A stretch of DNA of 64,000 nt from Dehalococcoidia bacterium (GTDB lineage Bacteria > Chloroflexota > Dehalococcoidia > Lucifugimonadales > CATQGZ01): assembly GCA_965223945.1 (NCBI GenBank), contig CBDCXW010000007.1, forward strand, positions 1,502 through 65,501, read 5' to 3'. Positions within the stretch are counted from its first letter, which is position 1. The number at the start of each line of letters is the position of its first letter. Shown one piece after another: positions 20,307 through 30,900 of this stretch. The translations under genes were made by a program, and so were the position numbers. The notes below the pieces were generated by a model. That model saw nothing but the letters and a program-made list of their open reading frames with translations, made no database searches and was not told the DNA's origin.

Positions 20307-22241
20307 GTGAAAGGTACTATTTCGTTTGGACTGAGGTTGTTGCCTCTCGTTGCGATAGCCTCGTTGGCATTTGTGCTGGCTTGTGGCAGCCCCGAAGAGC
20401 CGGAGGCGCCCAAGCAGCCTGCCCCGGCAGCCCCGGCGGCGGAAGCCCCGGTCGCGATGGCGGGAGAGGCTATGGCCCCTGCCAAGCCGGACCAGCCTGC
20501 CCCGGCAGCAATGGCTCAGAACCCTGTGGCTATGACGATGCCGGAAACCATGAAGCCGACTCCTGTCGCCCCTTCGGGGCCCCTGATCGAGTACGAGGGG
20601 ATGATGGAGGACCCGGGAGCACCTAAATACGGTGGCACCGTGCTCTGGGCCGTCGGCAATACGCCTAGCGTTGACTGGTCATGCCACACCACCTTTAGAG
20701 GCGGCGTGTCTAACCATGTCTACGAGAGCTTCTTTGTCTTCGACCACAACCGTGTGGAAGCCATCCCGATGTCTCTGTCGTCGTGGTCGCTCAATGACGC
20801 CGGTGACCAGTTCACCTTCACCCTGAGGGACGGGCAGACGTTCCACGACGGCACGCCCCTTGAGTCGGCGGACGCGATAGCCTCCACCGAGAGGTGGTTC
20901 GGAAGCACTCACGCAATCGCAGGCGAGGTCTACGGACTCATCAAGCCTGTGGAGCACGCGGTCGTCGACAGCAAATCCTACACGATGAGCATGTCTCGCC
21001 CGTTCGGCCTCTGGCCGGTCTACCAGGCGTTTAACGGCGCCTGGATACAGCCGGAAGCCATCTCGAACACGGACCCCCACGACTGCATCGACACCCAGAC
21101 CCAGGTCATCGGGCACGGCCCGTACAGCTACGTCGAATGGATACCGGGTGACCGGGTCTCCATGGAGCGCTTCGAGGACTACGTCCCCCGCGACGAGCCC
21201 AAGAACGGCGGCGGCGGCGGGAAGATCGCCTACTTCGACCGGATCGAGGCGATCGTGGTTCCTGACCACTCTACCCGTATAGCAGGTCTCAAGACTGGAC
21301 AGATACACGTAGTGTCCAGCGACGTGCCGGGCGACTTCAAGGCCGGCCTGCAGGCCGACCCTGAGGTGGAAGTGGCCGTCATAGGCCCAGGCCAGCCACC
21401 ATACCTGGTCTTCAATCTTGGTACCAAGCCCTTCAACAACAAGAAGGCTCGGCAGGCCGTCCTCATGGCAGCCGATATGGAAGCCTGGATGACCGCCGCC
21501 TACGGCTCGGGCTCCGACTGGAGACTCGACGGCGCCGCTTTCATGTCGGACGGTCCGTGGGCCACGCAGGTAGCACTCGACAAGTACTACAAGCCCAATG
21601 GCATCGACCTCGACGCCGCAAAGGCCCTCATGGCTGAGGCGGTTGCAGAAGAGAACTACGACGGCGAGGTATTAGTGCTGGGCGGCAACGACACTCAGTT
21701 CGGGAGAGGCTCGAGCGCCTACACGCAGCAGCTCCTGGAGTCCCTCGGGCTCAAGGTCAACAGGCCCAACGTTGACTGGGCAACGGTCATAGGATGGAAG
21801 AACGCGAACCCCGAGCAGGCGGGCACCCCCGGCGTGTCGCACTGCGTCAAGCCCGTCGAGCCCGGCGCGACCAGGCCAGGCGAAGGCTGGAACATGTACC
21901 ACACACGCACGTCCCCGTTCGACCCGCTGACCCTTGAGCCCGCCAGCATCAACTGGTCGTGCGGCTGGCTCGTCAACGACGCGGACTACGCGATCCCGAG
22001 AGGGGCGGCTAGAGTCGAAGCCGGTGTTAAGGGCGCCCTGGGGCCGCTGACCGACGAGTGGCTGTCAGCCGCTACGCTCGAGGACGCCAGGGCGGCGATC
22101 GACGAGATCCAGGAGTTCATCTACGATGAGGTCCGGTACATCCAGCTGGGCGCGGTCCTCGGCCTGATGGCCTTCCGCAACGAGATGGCCTTCACGCCGT
22201 CGGCCGGCGGATTCAACCTGACGGGAGCCTGGTTCAAGTAG
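20307..22241 (+). CDS. Family-5 ABC substrate-binding lipoprotein, copy 2
   Basis: Close paralogue of 18002-19939 with the same motifs. Confidence 0.9.
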   Translation: MKGTISFGLRLLPLVAIASLAFVLACGSPEEPEAPKQPAPAAPAAEAPVAMAGEAMAPAKPDQPAPAAMAQNPVAMTMPETMKPTPVAPSGPLIEYEGMMEDPGAPKYGGTVLWAVGNTPSVDWSCHTTFRGGVSNHVYESFFVFDHNRVEAIPMSLSSWSLNDAGDQFTFTLRDGQTFHDGTPLESADAIASTERWFGSTHAIAGEVYGLIKPVEHAVVDSKSYTMSMSRPFGLWPVYQAFNGAWIQPEAISNTDPHDCIDTQTQVIGHGPYSYVEWIPGDRVSMERFEDYVPRDEPKNGGGGGKIAYFDRIEAIVVPDHSTRIAGLKTGQIHVVSSDVPGDFKAGLQADPEVEVAVIGPGQPPYLVFNLGTKPFNNKKARQAVLMAADMEAWMTAAYGSGSDWRLDGAAFMSDGPWATQVALDKYYKPNGIDLDAAKALMAEAVAEENYDGEVLVLGGNDTQFGRGSSAYTQQLLESLGLKVNRPNVDWATVIGWKNANPEQAGTPGVSHCVKPVEPGATRPGEGWNMYHTRTSPFDPLTLEPASINWSCGWLVNDADYAIPRGAARVEAGVKGALGPLTDEWLSAATLEDARAAIDEIQEFIYDEVRYIQLGAVLGLMAFRNEMAFTPSAGGFNLTGAWFK

Positions 22242-22271
22242 CCGGAACCTTCAAACGGAATACAGGAAAGT

Positions 22272-22305
22272 CAGACAAGGCCGGAGGCTCCTCCGGCCTT
22301 GTCTG
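22272..22305. terminator. Identical stem-loop after SBP copy 2 (attenuator or mRNA stabiliser)
   Basis: Same sequence as 19971-20004. Confidence 0.55.
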
Positions 22306-22496
22306 CGTCAGCCGCCAGCCATGACGCCGGCGCAAGGCGACCACACGGAACGGTCATGGTAATCGTCGCTCGGCAGCGATCAGCGCCTGGGCTGTCGCAA
22401 TGATCGGAGCCGTGGTAACATTGGCTGGTTAGCTGGGCAGGGGATAATGGCCGCGGTGCCACCCCGACTTCGACAGACGCACCCAGGGAGCAGCCT

Positions 22497-23438
22497 TTGA
22501 AAGAGTACATCGCCCAGCGCGTCGTTGCGATGCTCCCCGTGCTGCTGATAGTCGCCGTATTTACCTTCTCCCTGGTCCACATCGTGCCGGGAGACCCCGC
22601 AATCATACTGGCCGGAGACTCAGGCACGCCCGAGACCATAGCGGATATGCGCGCCAACTTGGGGCTGGACAAGCCGATATACGAACAATTTATCGTCTGG
22701 CTGACCAAAGCGCTCCAGGGCGACCTGGGCATTTCTCCGGCGTCGAAGGTTCCCGTGGCTTCCCAGATCATGCGCCGCTTCGAGCCGACGCTCTCCATAG
22801 GCTTCCTTGCCATGTTCCTGTCGATAGTCGTGGCGGTCCCTCTGGGTGTGCTGGCCGCCTGGAAACAGAACACCTGGATCGACAGGTCCTCCATGATTTT
22901 CGCCGTGCTCGCCTTCTCGATCCCCGTGTTCTGGCTCGAGTACAACATGATCTATCTGTTCGCCGTCGAGCTCGGCTGGATGCCCGCCCTCGGTTACAAG
23001 CCCATTTCGGAGGGCATTGGCCCGTGGCTCAGGCACATCACCCTTCCTGCCATAGCCGTCGGCATCATCTCAGCCGCCCTGCCCGCCAGGGTGACCCGCT
23101 CCACCATGCTGGAGATTCTGAAGGAGGACTACGTCCGCACCGCCAGGGCCAAGGGCCTCGTCGAGCGCGTCGTTCTAGTAAGGCACGCCCTCAAGAACGC
23201 CATGGTGCCGATCCTCACCATGTTCGGCCTTGGCCTCGCCGGGATGATCGGCGGCCTGGTCATCAGCGAGCAGGTGTTCGCCATTCCGGGCATGGGCAGG
23301 CTCATCGTCGACGCCGTGGCCACCCGAGACTACCCCCTCATCCAGGGTACTCTCCTCCTCATCGCAGTCTCGTACGTAGTTATCAATCTGCTGATAGACC
23401 TCACCTATCTTTACTTTGACCCGAGGATTCGGTACTGA
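22497..23438 (+). CDS. dppB: Peptide/nickel ABC permease (DppB/OppB-like)
   Basis: PGDPA, GLDKP, DYVRTARAKGL, DPRIRY. Confidence 0.88.
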   Translation: MKEYIAQRVVAMLPVLLIVAVFTFSLVHIVPGDPAIILAGDSGTPETIADMRANLGLDKPIYEQFIVWLTKALQGDLGISPASKVPVASQIMRRFEPTLSIGFLAMFLSIVVAVPLGVLAAWKQNTWIDRSSMIFAVLAFSIPVFWLEYNMIYLFAVELGWMPALGYKPISEGIGPWLRHITLPAIAVGIISAALPARVTRSTMLEILKEDYVRTARAKGLVERVVLVRHALKNAMVPILTMFGLGLAGMIGGLVISEQVFAIPGMGRLIVDAVATRDYPLIQGTLLLIAVSYVVINLLIDLTYLYFDPRIRY

Positions 23439-24379
23439 TGGCACAGGGCGCAAGAGTCCGACCGTCCGGTGAGTTCCTGCTCCAGCGCAGGACCAGGCTT
23501 GACCGGTACAGGGAACGCGCGGCCAACGCACGCCAGGCGCTGCGCAAGAACCCCAACATGCTGCTCGGGCTCGTCATCATCGTCGCCATGGTTCTCATCG
23601 CCGTCACGGCGGGTGTACTTTCTACACACGACCCGAGGTACCTCGTCCCCTTCGACCGCCTGGTCGCACCGGCTCTGTCAGTAGAGGAAGGGGCCCTGGG
23701 AACCGCGCATTTCTTCGGCTCCGACGATCTCGGGCGCGACGTCTTCTCCCGCACGCTCTTCGGCAGCCGCGCCTCGCTTCAGGTGGGCCTGCTCGTAGCC
23801 CTCGGCACCATCACTTTCGGTACCACGTTCGGTCTGCTCTCCGGGTACCATAGAGCGCTGGACTTCCTCATCATGCGGATCGCGGATGGGTTGATGGCCA
23901 TCCCGTCGTTCCTGCTGGCCATCGCGCTGATGACCCTGCTGGGCCCAAGCCTGCGCAACGTGGTCATAGCGCTTGTCATCTCCTCCGTGCCGGGGACTAC
24001 ACGCTTCGTGCGCTCCATTGTCCTGAGCCTCAGGGAGAGGGAGTTCGTCCTCGCCGCCCGCGCCATCGGAGGCGGCCCTGTCAGGCTTCTGTCACGTCAC
24101 ATCTTCCCCAACACGATACCGCCCGTCCTGGTGCTGGCCAGCTTCATCACAGCGGGAGCGATACTCTCCGAGGCGGGGCTCAGCTTCCTGGGCGCGGGCC
24201 TGCCGCCAGACGTGCCGAGTTGGGGCAACATGATGGGCCAGGGGCGCTACTTCAACGCCATCGCCCCCTGGATGCTCTTCTTCCCCGGTCTGTTCCTGTC
24301 GCTGACCGTCCTGGGGGCCAACCTCCTGGGTGACGGCCTCAGGGACTCCCTCGATCCCAGGCTGCGCCGACTCCAGTAG
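23438..24379 (+). CDS. dppC: Peptide/nickel ABC permease (DppC/OppC-like)
   Basis: HFFGSDDLGRDVFSR, EFVLAARAIG, GDGLRDSLDPR. Confidence 0.88.
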   Translation: MAQGARVRPSGEFLLQRRTRLDRYRERAANARQALRKNPNMLLGLVIIVAMVLIAVTAGVLSTHDPRYLVPFDRLVAPALSVEEGALGTAHFFGSDDLGRDVFSRTLFGSRASLQVGLLVALGTITFGTTFGLLSGYHRALDFLIMRIADGLMAIPSFLLAIALMTLLGPSLRNVVIALVISSVPGTTRFVRSIVLSLREREFVLAARAIGGGPVRLLSRHIFPNTIPPVLVLASFITAGAILSEAGLSFLGAGLPPDVPSWGNMMGQGRYFNAIAPWMLFFPGLFLSLTVLGANLLGDGLRDSLDPRLRRLQ

Positions 24380-24388
24380 CCTACCCGG

Positions 24389-25585
24389 CTACCAGCTGTC
24401 GATGCACCACGGCATAAGGTCTGTGGCGAACATCGCGTCCGCGCGGGCGAGCGCGCCGGGCGTATTCTCCTCCAACCTCCCCGCGTGGTACAGCGTGCGG
24501 AACTTGACGCCGCCCAGGTAGACCGCTCCTAGATCGGCTGCTGACAGGGTCAGGTCCGGCTCCTCATCGGTGGCCCGGCAGTCAGCCCCCTCAGGCCCGC
24601 CATCGAGCCGTACCCTTCCGTCGTTCCACTCCAGGAAGGGGTCCAGTACCCGTAGTACCAGACCGTCGTTGGCGGAGTATGTCCTCGCCGATAGGGCCGC
24701 CGGGACGTCCACCAGCCTGAACCACGATGCGTCCTTGAACGTCTGCTTCAGCCGGCGTGGGTCCGCCAAAAGCCAGGGGAGAGGCTCGTCGGCCGCCCGC
24801 CTGTCGGCGGTCACCGTCGATACCAGGTCCATGTCGAAGCAGAACTGCCACAGGGCCGCGTAGGCGTCGTCGGTAGCCGTAACCAGCTCCTTGACTATCA
24901 TCAGGTGGGCTTCCTTGATGGTGAACCAGACATAGCCGTCCGGGCGGCCGTCGACCTCGTACTTGACGAACCAGGCCCGCGGGTCGGCGCCGCGCATCGC
25001 GCCCTGGACGAAGCGGAACTTCCACCACGTGTCGTTTCGCTTGACCATGCCGTTCCTGAGGAGAGTCGCCCGCTCGAAGACCGGCGGGAAGACCTCGCGG
25101 GCCTCGTCCTCTTCGATGAAGAGCACGCGGCCCTTCGGCCCATAGCGGCGCGAGAACGCGCCGTGGGGGCGCTCCAGCTCGAACGTGTACTCGAACGATC
25201 CCATCCCGTAGCCGTAGCGGCCGTATATGACGCTCTCCGAGGCCTGAAGCACGGCCAGGGAGTCTCCCCACTCGTGCATGTCGGTCAACTGGCGCCTCAT
25301 CAGCTGGGTGTTGATGCCGCGGCGCCTGTGAGTCGCCTGCACGGACACCTGTGCCACCGCGCCGATTGGGACGGTGCCGCCCGGCACCATCATCTCCAGC
25401 GAATAGCTGGTGGTGCAGCCGACGATCCGTCCCTCCTCGAACGCGCACACGCTGCGCTCCGGCTCGAAGATGATCCCGAACCTCTGGACGTCGCTATCGA
25501 CATAGAAATTGTTCTGAGCGCGGGCGTTCACCTTCTTGAGAGTCGGAAATTCTTCCCAGGTGTTTGGTCTTATCTCCAGATTCAT
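24389..25585 (-). CDS. Eis-like GNAT acetyltransferase with C-terminal SCP2-like domain
   Basis: VSVQATHRRRGI, LQASESVIYGRYGYG, RLVDVPAALSARTY, LGAVYLGG. Confidence 0.88.
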   Translation of the reverse strand: MNLEIRPNTWEEFPTLKKVNARAQNNFYVDSDVQRFGIIFEPERSVCAFEEGRIVGCTTSYSLEMMVPGGTVPIGAVAQVSVQATHRRRGINTQLMRRQLTDMHEWGDSLAVLQASESVIYGRYGYGMGSFEYTFELERPHGAFSRRYGPKGRVLFIEEDEAREVFPPVFERATLLRNGMVKRNDTWWKFRFVQGAMRGADPRAWFVKYEVDGRPDGYVWFTIKEAHLMIVKELVTATDDAYAALWQFCFDMDLVSTVTADRRAADEPLPWLLADPRRLKQTFKDASWFRLVDVPAALSARTYSANDGLVLRVLDPFLEWNDGRVRLDGGPEGADCRATDEEPDLTLSAADLGAVYLGGVKFRTLYHAGRLEENTPGALARADAMFATDLMPWCIDSW

Positions 25586-25757
25586 CTCAGGCAGCTCCTC
25601 TGTCGCGGGCGATTCCGGGCCCGGCGAGACGCGGATTATAGCATGGGGCTTCGGCCTCGATCCATGTGATCGAATCCGGCGGCGCGACGTGGGCTTACGT
25701 ACGGCCCCGGGCTGCGGTAGAATCACCCCGACTCGTAGCACATGGAGGTCTTGCCGG

Positions 25758-28127
25758 ATGCCCGGAGCATTGGACGGGGTTACTGTCGTCGATCTCTCCG
25801 ACGGAAGGGCGGGTGCCCTGTTCACCATGATGATGTGCGACAACGGAGCCCGGGTCATCAGGCTGGAGCGCCCGGGGTGTGGGGCTGAACGTCAGACCTC
25901 CCTCTACCGCATGCTCGACCGAGGCAAGGAGAGCGTCTTCCTGAACCTAGACGGCGCGCTGGAGGACACAACCGCTTCAGTGCCCCGGAACGGAGGTCCC
26001 CTTGCGGACTTCGACGCGCTGGTCGGGATGGCCGATGTGCTCGTCGATACCTATTCGCCCTCCTCGGCATTCCAGTCTCTCGTGGACTACGGGCGGCTCG
26101 AGGAGAAGAACCCCGGTCTCGTCCGCTGCTCCATCACCGCCTACGGACAGCACGGCCCTCACCGGGGTGAGCCTCCATTGGATGACCTCGTCATGGCGCG
26201 CACCGGTATTCTGACTGCCCAGCCAGCCTTCAGGCCCGGGCCAGTCCACGTTGTGCACCCGATTCCGAGCATAGGCGCCGCGATGCTGGCGACGCAGGGG
26301 ACGGTCGCCGCCCTTATCGCCCGTGAGCGCACCGGAAGGGGCCGCCACGTGAACACCTCGCTGATGGGCGGGGTACTGGCCAACGCGCCCAAAGCTCAGA
26401 GTGCGCGTCTGAAGCCCTGGAGCGGACGCCAGCAGCGTCCCACGGGAGATTGGCCCTTCTACAGCGTATTCAGGTGCTCCGACGGCAGGTGGCTTCAGAT
26501 CGGCTGCATCCACGACGGCTTCGTGAACCGCGCGATAGACGCGCTGGGCATCCGAGACAGCGTGTCGGAACTGGATATCGGCACCCGCTACTCCCAGCCG
26601 TCCGAGGAGAGCAGGGCCAAGGTCTATGACATAGTCGCCCGCGCCTTCGCCACCCGGCCCATGGCCGAGTGGGCCCAGGCCATGGAGGAGGCGGACGTTC
26701 CCTACGCGCCCATACTTTCGACGGATGACGCCGTGTCCGACTCCCAGGCGATACACAACGAGATGTTCGTCAAGGTGGATGACCCGGAGCTGGGCCCCAC
26801 GACCCAGGTGGGGCTGCCTGTTAAGCTGATCAACACGCCGGGCTCTGTCACAGCCCCGGCGCCGAGACCTGGCGAGCACACCGAGACCGTCCTCGCCGGT
26901 CTGCGCGCCCCTGGCACTACGCCCCGACCTCAGCAGCAGCCCCGGTCGTCCGGTCCCGACGGCCCGCCGCTGGAGGGGGTCAGGGTGCTGGGCATCGACA
27001 ACGTGATCGCTGGCCCCATGTCTACCCGCCTGTTGGCTGACCTGGGAGCCGACGTGGTCAAGCTGGAGCCGCCCGGAGGCGAGATCAGCCGTCCGTCCGG
27101 CAGCAGCCAGTTCTCCTCCTTCAACTGCAACAAGCGCTCCGTGGCCGTGAACGGCAAGGAGCCCGACGGCCAGGAGATCGTGCGCAGGCTGGGCGCGTGG
27201 GCGGATGCCATATCAGAGAATATGCGCTCCGGGGCCGCGGCGCGCATAGGACTCACTCCCGAGGCGCTCGACCAGCTGAATCCTACCGTCGCCTACACCC
27301 ACATCACCGGGTTCGGCTCCAACGGACCCTACTCCCACAGGCCCGGCCTCGACCCGCTGGCCCAGGCCATGGCCGGGCTTCAGGTTGCCCAGGCAGGCCC
27401 GGGCAATCCCCCCGCCTATCTGGGCATGCTGGCCCCGGGAGACTACGTTGCGGCGATGCTCGGCGCCGTGGGCACCGTCCTGGGTCTGTTCGCGAGGGCC
27501 AGGACCGGCGTGGGACAGCGCACCGAGACCTGCCTCCTCAACGCCGGTATTCTCGTCGCCCTGATGGGCCGGGACCGCTCTGGAGACAGCGGGCAGTACG
27601 GCCGGCATGCACTCTCACGCCTGTACGAGACCGGGAAGGGCTGGCTGTACGTCGTCGTGGAGTCCGAGGACGAGTGGCAGGCGATGTGCCGTGTGCTCCA
27701 ACGGCCCGACCTACCCGCCGATCCCAGGTTCTCGACACCGCAGGCGCGCACCGAGCACGATTCGGCCCTCGCTGAGGAGCTTGGAGCCGTCTTCACGCGG
27801 CGTGCAGCGGAAGACTGGGCCGACGCCCTGCTGGACGCATCGGTCCCGGCCGCGCCGGCGGTGGAGAACTACGAAGCAGGCTTCTTCTCCGATCCCCAGG
27901 CGAGCGCGAACCGGATGGTGTCGGAGCATCAGGACTCACCTCTCGGCCCCGTCAAGTTCTCCTCTCACCTCGTCGACTTTTCGAACACACGGGACGTCGC
28001 ATCCAGGGTCACACCCCAGCTGGGCGAGCACAACCGGGAGGTGCTCTCGGACCTCGGGTACTCGGAGGCCGAGATCGAGAGTCTGTACGCCAGGGGCATC
28101 ATCAACACCGACGCCCCTCCGTCCTAG
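25758..28127 (+). CDS. Family III CoA-transferase (CaiB/BaiF) with two fused domains
   Basis: Two repeats (ALDGVTVVDLS...GARVIRLE; PLEGVRVL...LADLGADVVKLEPP) ending in P.PGEH and P.LGEH. Confidence 0.88.
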   Translation: MPGALDGVTVVDLSDGRAGALFTMMMCDNGARVIRLERPGCGAERQTSLYRMLDRGKESVFLNLDGALEDTTASVPRNGGPLADFDALVGMADVLVDTYSPSSAFQSLVDYGRLEEKNPGLVRCSITAYGQHGPHRGEPPLDDLVMARTGILTAQPAFRPGPVHVVHPIPSIGAAMLATQGTVAALIARERTGRGRHVNTSLMGGVLANAPKAQSARLKPWSGRQQRPTGDWPFYSVFRCSDGRWLQIGCIHDGFVNRAIDALGIRDSVSELDIGTRYSQPSEESRAKVYDIVARAFATRPMAEWAQAMEEADVPYAPILSTDDAVSDSQAIHNEMFVKVDDPELGPTTQVGLPVKLINTPGSVTAPAPRPGEHTETVLAGLRAPGTTPRPQQQPRSSGPDGPPLEGVRVLGIDNVIAGPMSTRLLADLGADVVKLEPPGGEISRPSGSSQFSSFNCNKRSVAVNGKEPDGQEIVRRLGAWADAISENMRSGAAARIGLTPEALDQLNPTVAYTHITGFGSNGPYSHRPGLDPLAQAMAGLQVAQAGPGNPPAYLGMLAPGDYVAAMLGAVGTVLGLFARARTGVGQRTETCLLNAGILVALMGRDRSGDSGQYGRHALSRLYETGKGWLYVVVESEDEWQAMCRVLQRPDLPADPRFSTPQARTEHDSALAEELGAVFTRRAAEDWADALLDASVPAAPAVENYEAGFFSDPQASANRMVSEHQDSPLGPVKFSSHLVDFSNTRDVASRVTPQLGEHNREVLSDLGYSEAEIESLYARGIINTDAPPS

Positions 28128-28167
28128 CCCTCCCTTCAAGCGGCGAAGAACCGTGAGCCGCCGTCCA

Positions 28168-28998
28168 ATGGCAACCCTGTACCTGGTCGCTACGCCCATA
28201 GGCAACATCGAGGACATCACCCTCCGCGCCCTGCGGGTCCTGGGCGAGGTCGACCTGATAGCCGCCGAAGACACGCGCGTCACGCGCAAGCTGCTGTCCC
28301 ACTACGATATCCACACCCGGACCACCAGCTACCACGAGCACAACCGCGCCTCGAAGACTCCCGTGCTCCTGGCCGCGCTGGCGGAGGGGAAGGACGTGGC
28401 GCTGGTCACCGACGCAGGCACCCCGGCGGTCAGCGATCCAGGAGACGACCTCGTCCGCGCGGCACTGGACCAGGGCATTCGAGTCGCCTCTGTGCCCGGC
28501 CCCTCAGCGGTCACGGCAGCCCTGGCGGCATCTGGCATACCCGCTGACCAGTTCGTGTACCTAGGCTTTCTCCCAAGACGAGGGGCCGACCGCAGGAGGC
28601 TTCTGAGGTCGCTGGCCGAAGAGCAGCGCGCTATCGTACTGCTGGAGGCGCCTCACAGGATCCGTGCGGGGCTGACAGACGCCCTGGGCGCGCTGGGCGA
28701 CCGCCCCGTATCGGTATGCCGCGAGCTGACCAAGCTCCACGAGGAGGTCTTTAGAGGCCTGCTGTCCGAGGCAATCGACCACTTCGACCAGCCGCGTGGC
28801 GAGTTCACCGTGGTGATCGGAGGCGGTCACCGCGGCAGACAGATAAAGAGCTTGGATCAGGCCCGCAGTCTGATTGAGGAGTCGCGTGCGAAGGGAGTCG
28901 GGGCCACCGAGTCCGTGAGGCAGGTCGTCCGCGAGACCGGGCTGCCCCGAAGCGAGGTCTACCGCCTCTGGGTCGAGGGATCGCAACAGATGCGTTAG
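28168..28998 (+). CDS. rsmI: 16S rRNA C1402 2'-O-methyltransferase
   Basis: LYLVATPIGNIEDIT, AAEDTR, DAGTPAVSDPG, RELTKLHEE. Confidence 0.95.
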   Translation: MATLYLVATPIGNIEDITLRALRVLGEVDLIAAEDTRVTRKLLSHYDIHTRTTSYHEHNRASKTPVLLAALAEGKDVALVTDAGTPAVSDPGDDLVRAALDQGIRVASVPGPSAVTAALAASGIPADQFVYLGFLPRRGADRRRLLRSLAEEQRAIVLLEAPHRIRAGLTDALGALGDRPVSVCRELTKLHEEVFRGLLSEAIDHFDQPRGEFTVVIGGGHRGRQIKSLDQARSLIEESRAKGVGATESVRQVVRETGLPRSEVYRLWVEGSQQMR

Positions 28999-29271
28999 GG
29001 CGTCCACGGCGACGGTACGAAGGAGGATGGGTTCCCGCCGTCAACGGTGTGGGGATTGTCCCGGATACCCGGTCCACTAGGCAGCGCTGCACTGTTGGTC
29101 TCTGCCCATCGAGCGCGTGACACGGCTGCAAGATGAGGCTCTCACGCGTACCCACTTTTAACTTCCAGGTATCGAGTATGCGGCTCGGGGTTCGTAGCCT
29201 TCGCCGAAAACTGCTGAAACTGTCCACTTTCTTACAATCTCATAGCTGGAGGCTCCCACTCAGACGTCAGA

Positions 29272-29325
29272 TACTGGACACAAACTGAACAGAATCTTCG
29301 ACACTTACTGGACATTTACTGGACA
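29272..29325 (-). repeat. Helically phased TGTCCAGTA repeat array
   Basis: Plus strand TACTGGACA (29272), AACTGAACA (29283), TCTTCGACA (29295), TACTGGACA (29306), TACTGGACA (29317). Confidence 0.7.
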
Positions 29326-29402
29326 GTCCGGGAGGCAGGCTCCCGTATGGAGTACGGATCGGGCTCTGCACTGCAATGCTGGAAGGGGATCGGGACATAA
29401 GA

Positions 29403-29433
29403 ACATTAAGCGGACAGAAGTTCTGTTTGTCAA
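29403..29433 (-). promoter_or_regulatory. Sigma70 promoter with LexA-like box
   Basis: Minus strand TTGACA-aaca-GAAC-ttct-GTCC-g-CTTAATGT; the -10 match is weak. Confidence 0.6.
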
Positions 29434-29436
29434 GAG

Positions 29437-29650
29437 ATGATAGTCGGAGAGTTCGCCGCGATGCAGGTCATCGAGATAGACGCGGCCCTCATCCGGCGGG
29501 CGATCGGAGTGTGCCGGCGTAGCCGGATCTCCTATTGGGACGCGCTCGTCGTCGCCGCAGCCAAGCGGGCCCGCTGCAGCCGCATACTGTCCGAGGTCCT
29601 GGACCCGGGACAGTCCTACGACGGGGTAGTCGTCGTCAATCCCTTCCAGT
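29437..29650 (+). pseudogene. PIN-domain (VapC) toxin remnant, C-terminal half
   Basis: ISYWDALVVAAAKRARCSRILSE...GQSYDGVVVVNPF; N-terminal DTN motif missing and no nearby stop. Confidence 0.75.
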
Positions 29651-29664
29651 GCCTTCCTCCTCAA

Positions 29665-30900
29665 TCAAGCGGCGTGGCGCAACCTCAACGCCTCATTACG
29701 CAGCGCCTTCACCCTGCCCGCCACGTTGCCGACGCGCTCGAGCACCTCGTCGAGAGTGCCGGACAGGTCGAGTGTCGCGACCTCCAGCCGCTTGCAGGAG
29801 TGCCGCACATGGTATGTCGCAGGCTCCCTCTCCCCCTTCGCGTAGACCAGCAGCCCGCCCGGCAGATCAAGCGCGGTGGCATACGCAAGCAGCTGGTACA
29901 GATCGGCGTTAGAGGCACGGTCGTCAGTGAGGTCCTTGTACTTCGCATCGCCCACGAACACGCATTCCCTGCCTTCCCACCAGGTGAGATCAGGTTCAAG
30001 CTTCACTCGACTTGCCTTGGCCAAGTAGATCCGGCGGCTCCCCGTGAGTTGCTTGTCGGAACAGAACAGGCTCGCTGAGACGCCAAGCGACTCCCGGAGC
30101 GCCACCGTTACGAACTCCTGGAACACGACGTTCATGTTCATCAGGAACCCGGAAGCACGCAGATCCCCGCGCCCAGACTCGAACGCGCCGTGTCGAAGGA
30201 TGAGCCGCGACAGCGCCACCACGTCGGCGTAGTGCTCGTTCAGCCGGTCGAACGGGACCTCCGGCACGTTGTCCGGCGGGAACTCCACGAAAGACACGTT
30301 GTCCAGCATCCCGGCAATCCAGCCCAGGCCCCTGCGCGCGCCATGGGAGCGCAGCTGCATCATGCCCAACCGCCCGACCGCCGCCTTCACCAGCCGGTTT
30401 GGCCGGACGTCGTCGGTGAACTCGTCGTAGCGCACCTCGACCGGCAGAGGGACGCCGAACCTGCGCCGCAGCTGCTCGTCGAACCGGATGCGCCCACGCA
30501 CGGTGTACAGCGCCTCCTCCTCAGTGAGATAACCGTGGAGCAGCCCGCGCGAGAAGGCCCGCCGCGCGGCCGCTCCCAGCGCCAGCGCCAACGCATCGGG
30601 CAGCGCCGCGTGCTCCTCGAAGTCGAACAGCCGCTTCTCCTGGAGCTTGTACGCCCCAATCGCGTAGCACGCGAGCGAGAGCAGCTTCGGGATGCCGATC
30701 TTGGGCTGTATGAGCACGGACAGGCCGCCAATCTCGACGGCGCCGACAGTAGAGCCGGGCTTCAGTACGTAGCTACTGCTTTCGCTGGCGGCCGGCGTGA
30801 TGGCGAGCGACGGAATCTCGCTCCGCAAGGCATCACGCTCAGCCACCGAAAGCTGAAGCGGCCCGCTCTCCTCGTATTCTTGTAGGTCAATTCGACGCAT
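29665..30900 (-). CDS. mcrC: McrC-family restriction endonuclease subunit
   Basis: MNVVFQEFV, LEPDL, VGDAKYK, ADLYQLLAYA (PD-(D/E)xK nuclease). Confidence 0.9.
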   Translation of the reverse strand: MRRIDLQEYEESGPLQLSVAERDALRSEIPSLAITPAASESSSYVLKPGSTVGAVEIGGLSVLIQPKIGIPKLLSLACYAIGAYKLQEKRLFDFEEHAALPDALALALGAAARRAFSRGLLHGYLTEEEALYTVRGRIRFDEQLRRRFGVPLPVEVRYDEFTDDVRPNRLVKAAVGRLGMMQLRSHGARRGLGWIAGMLDNVSFVEFPPDNVPEVPFDRLNEHYADVVALSRLILRHGAFESGRGDLRASGFLMNMNVVFQEFVTVALRESLGVSASLFCSDKQLTGSRRIYLAKASRVKLEPDLTWWEGRECVFVGDAKYKDLTDDRASNADLYQLLAYATALDLPGGLLVYAKGEREPATYHVRHSCKRLEVATLDLSGTLDEVLERVGNVAGRVKALRNEALRLRHAA

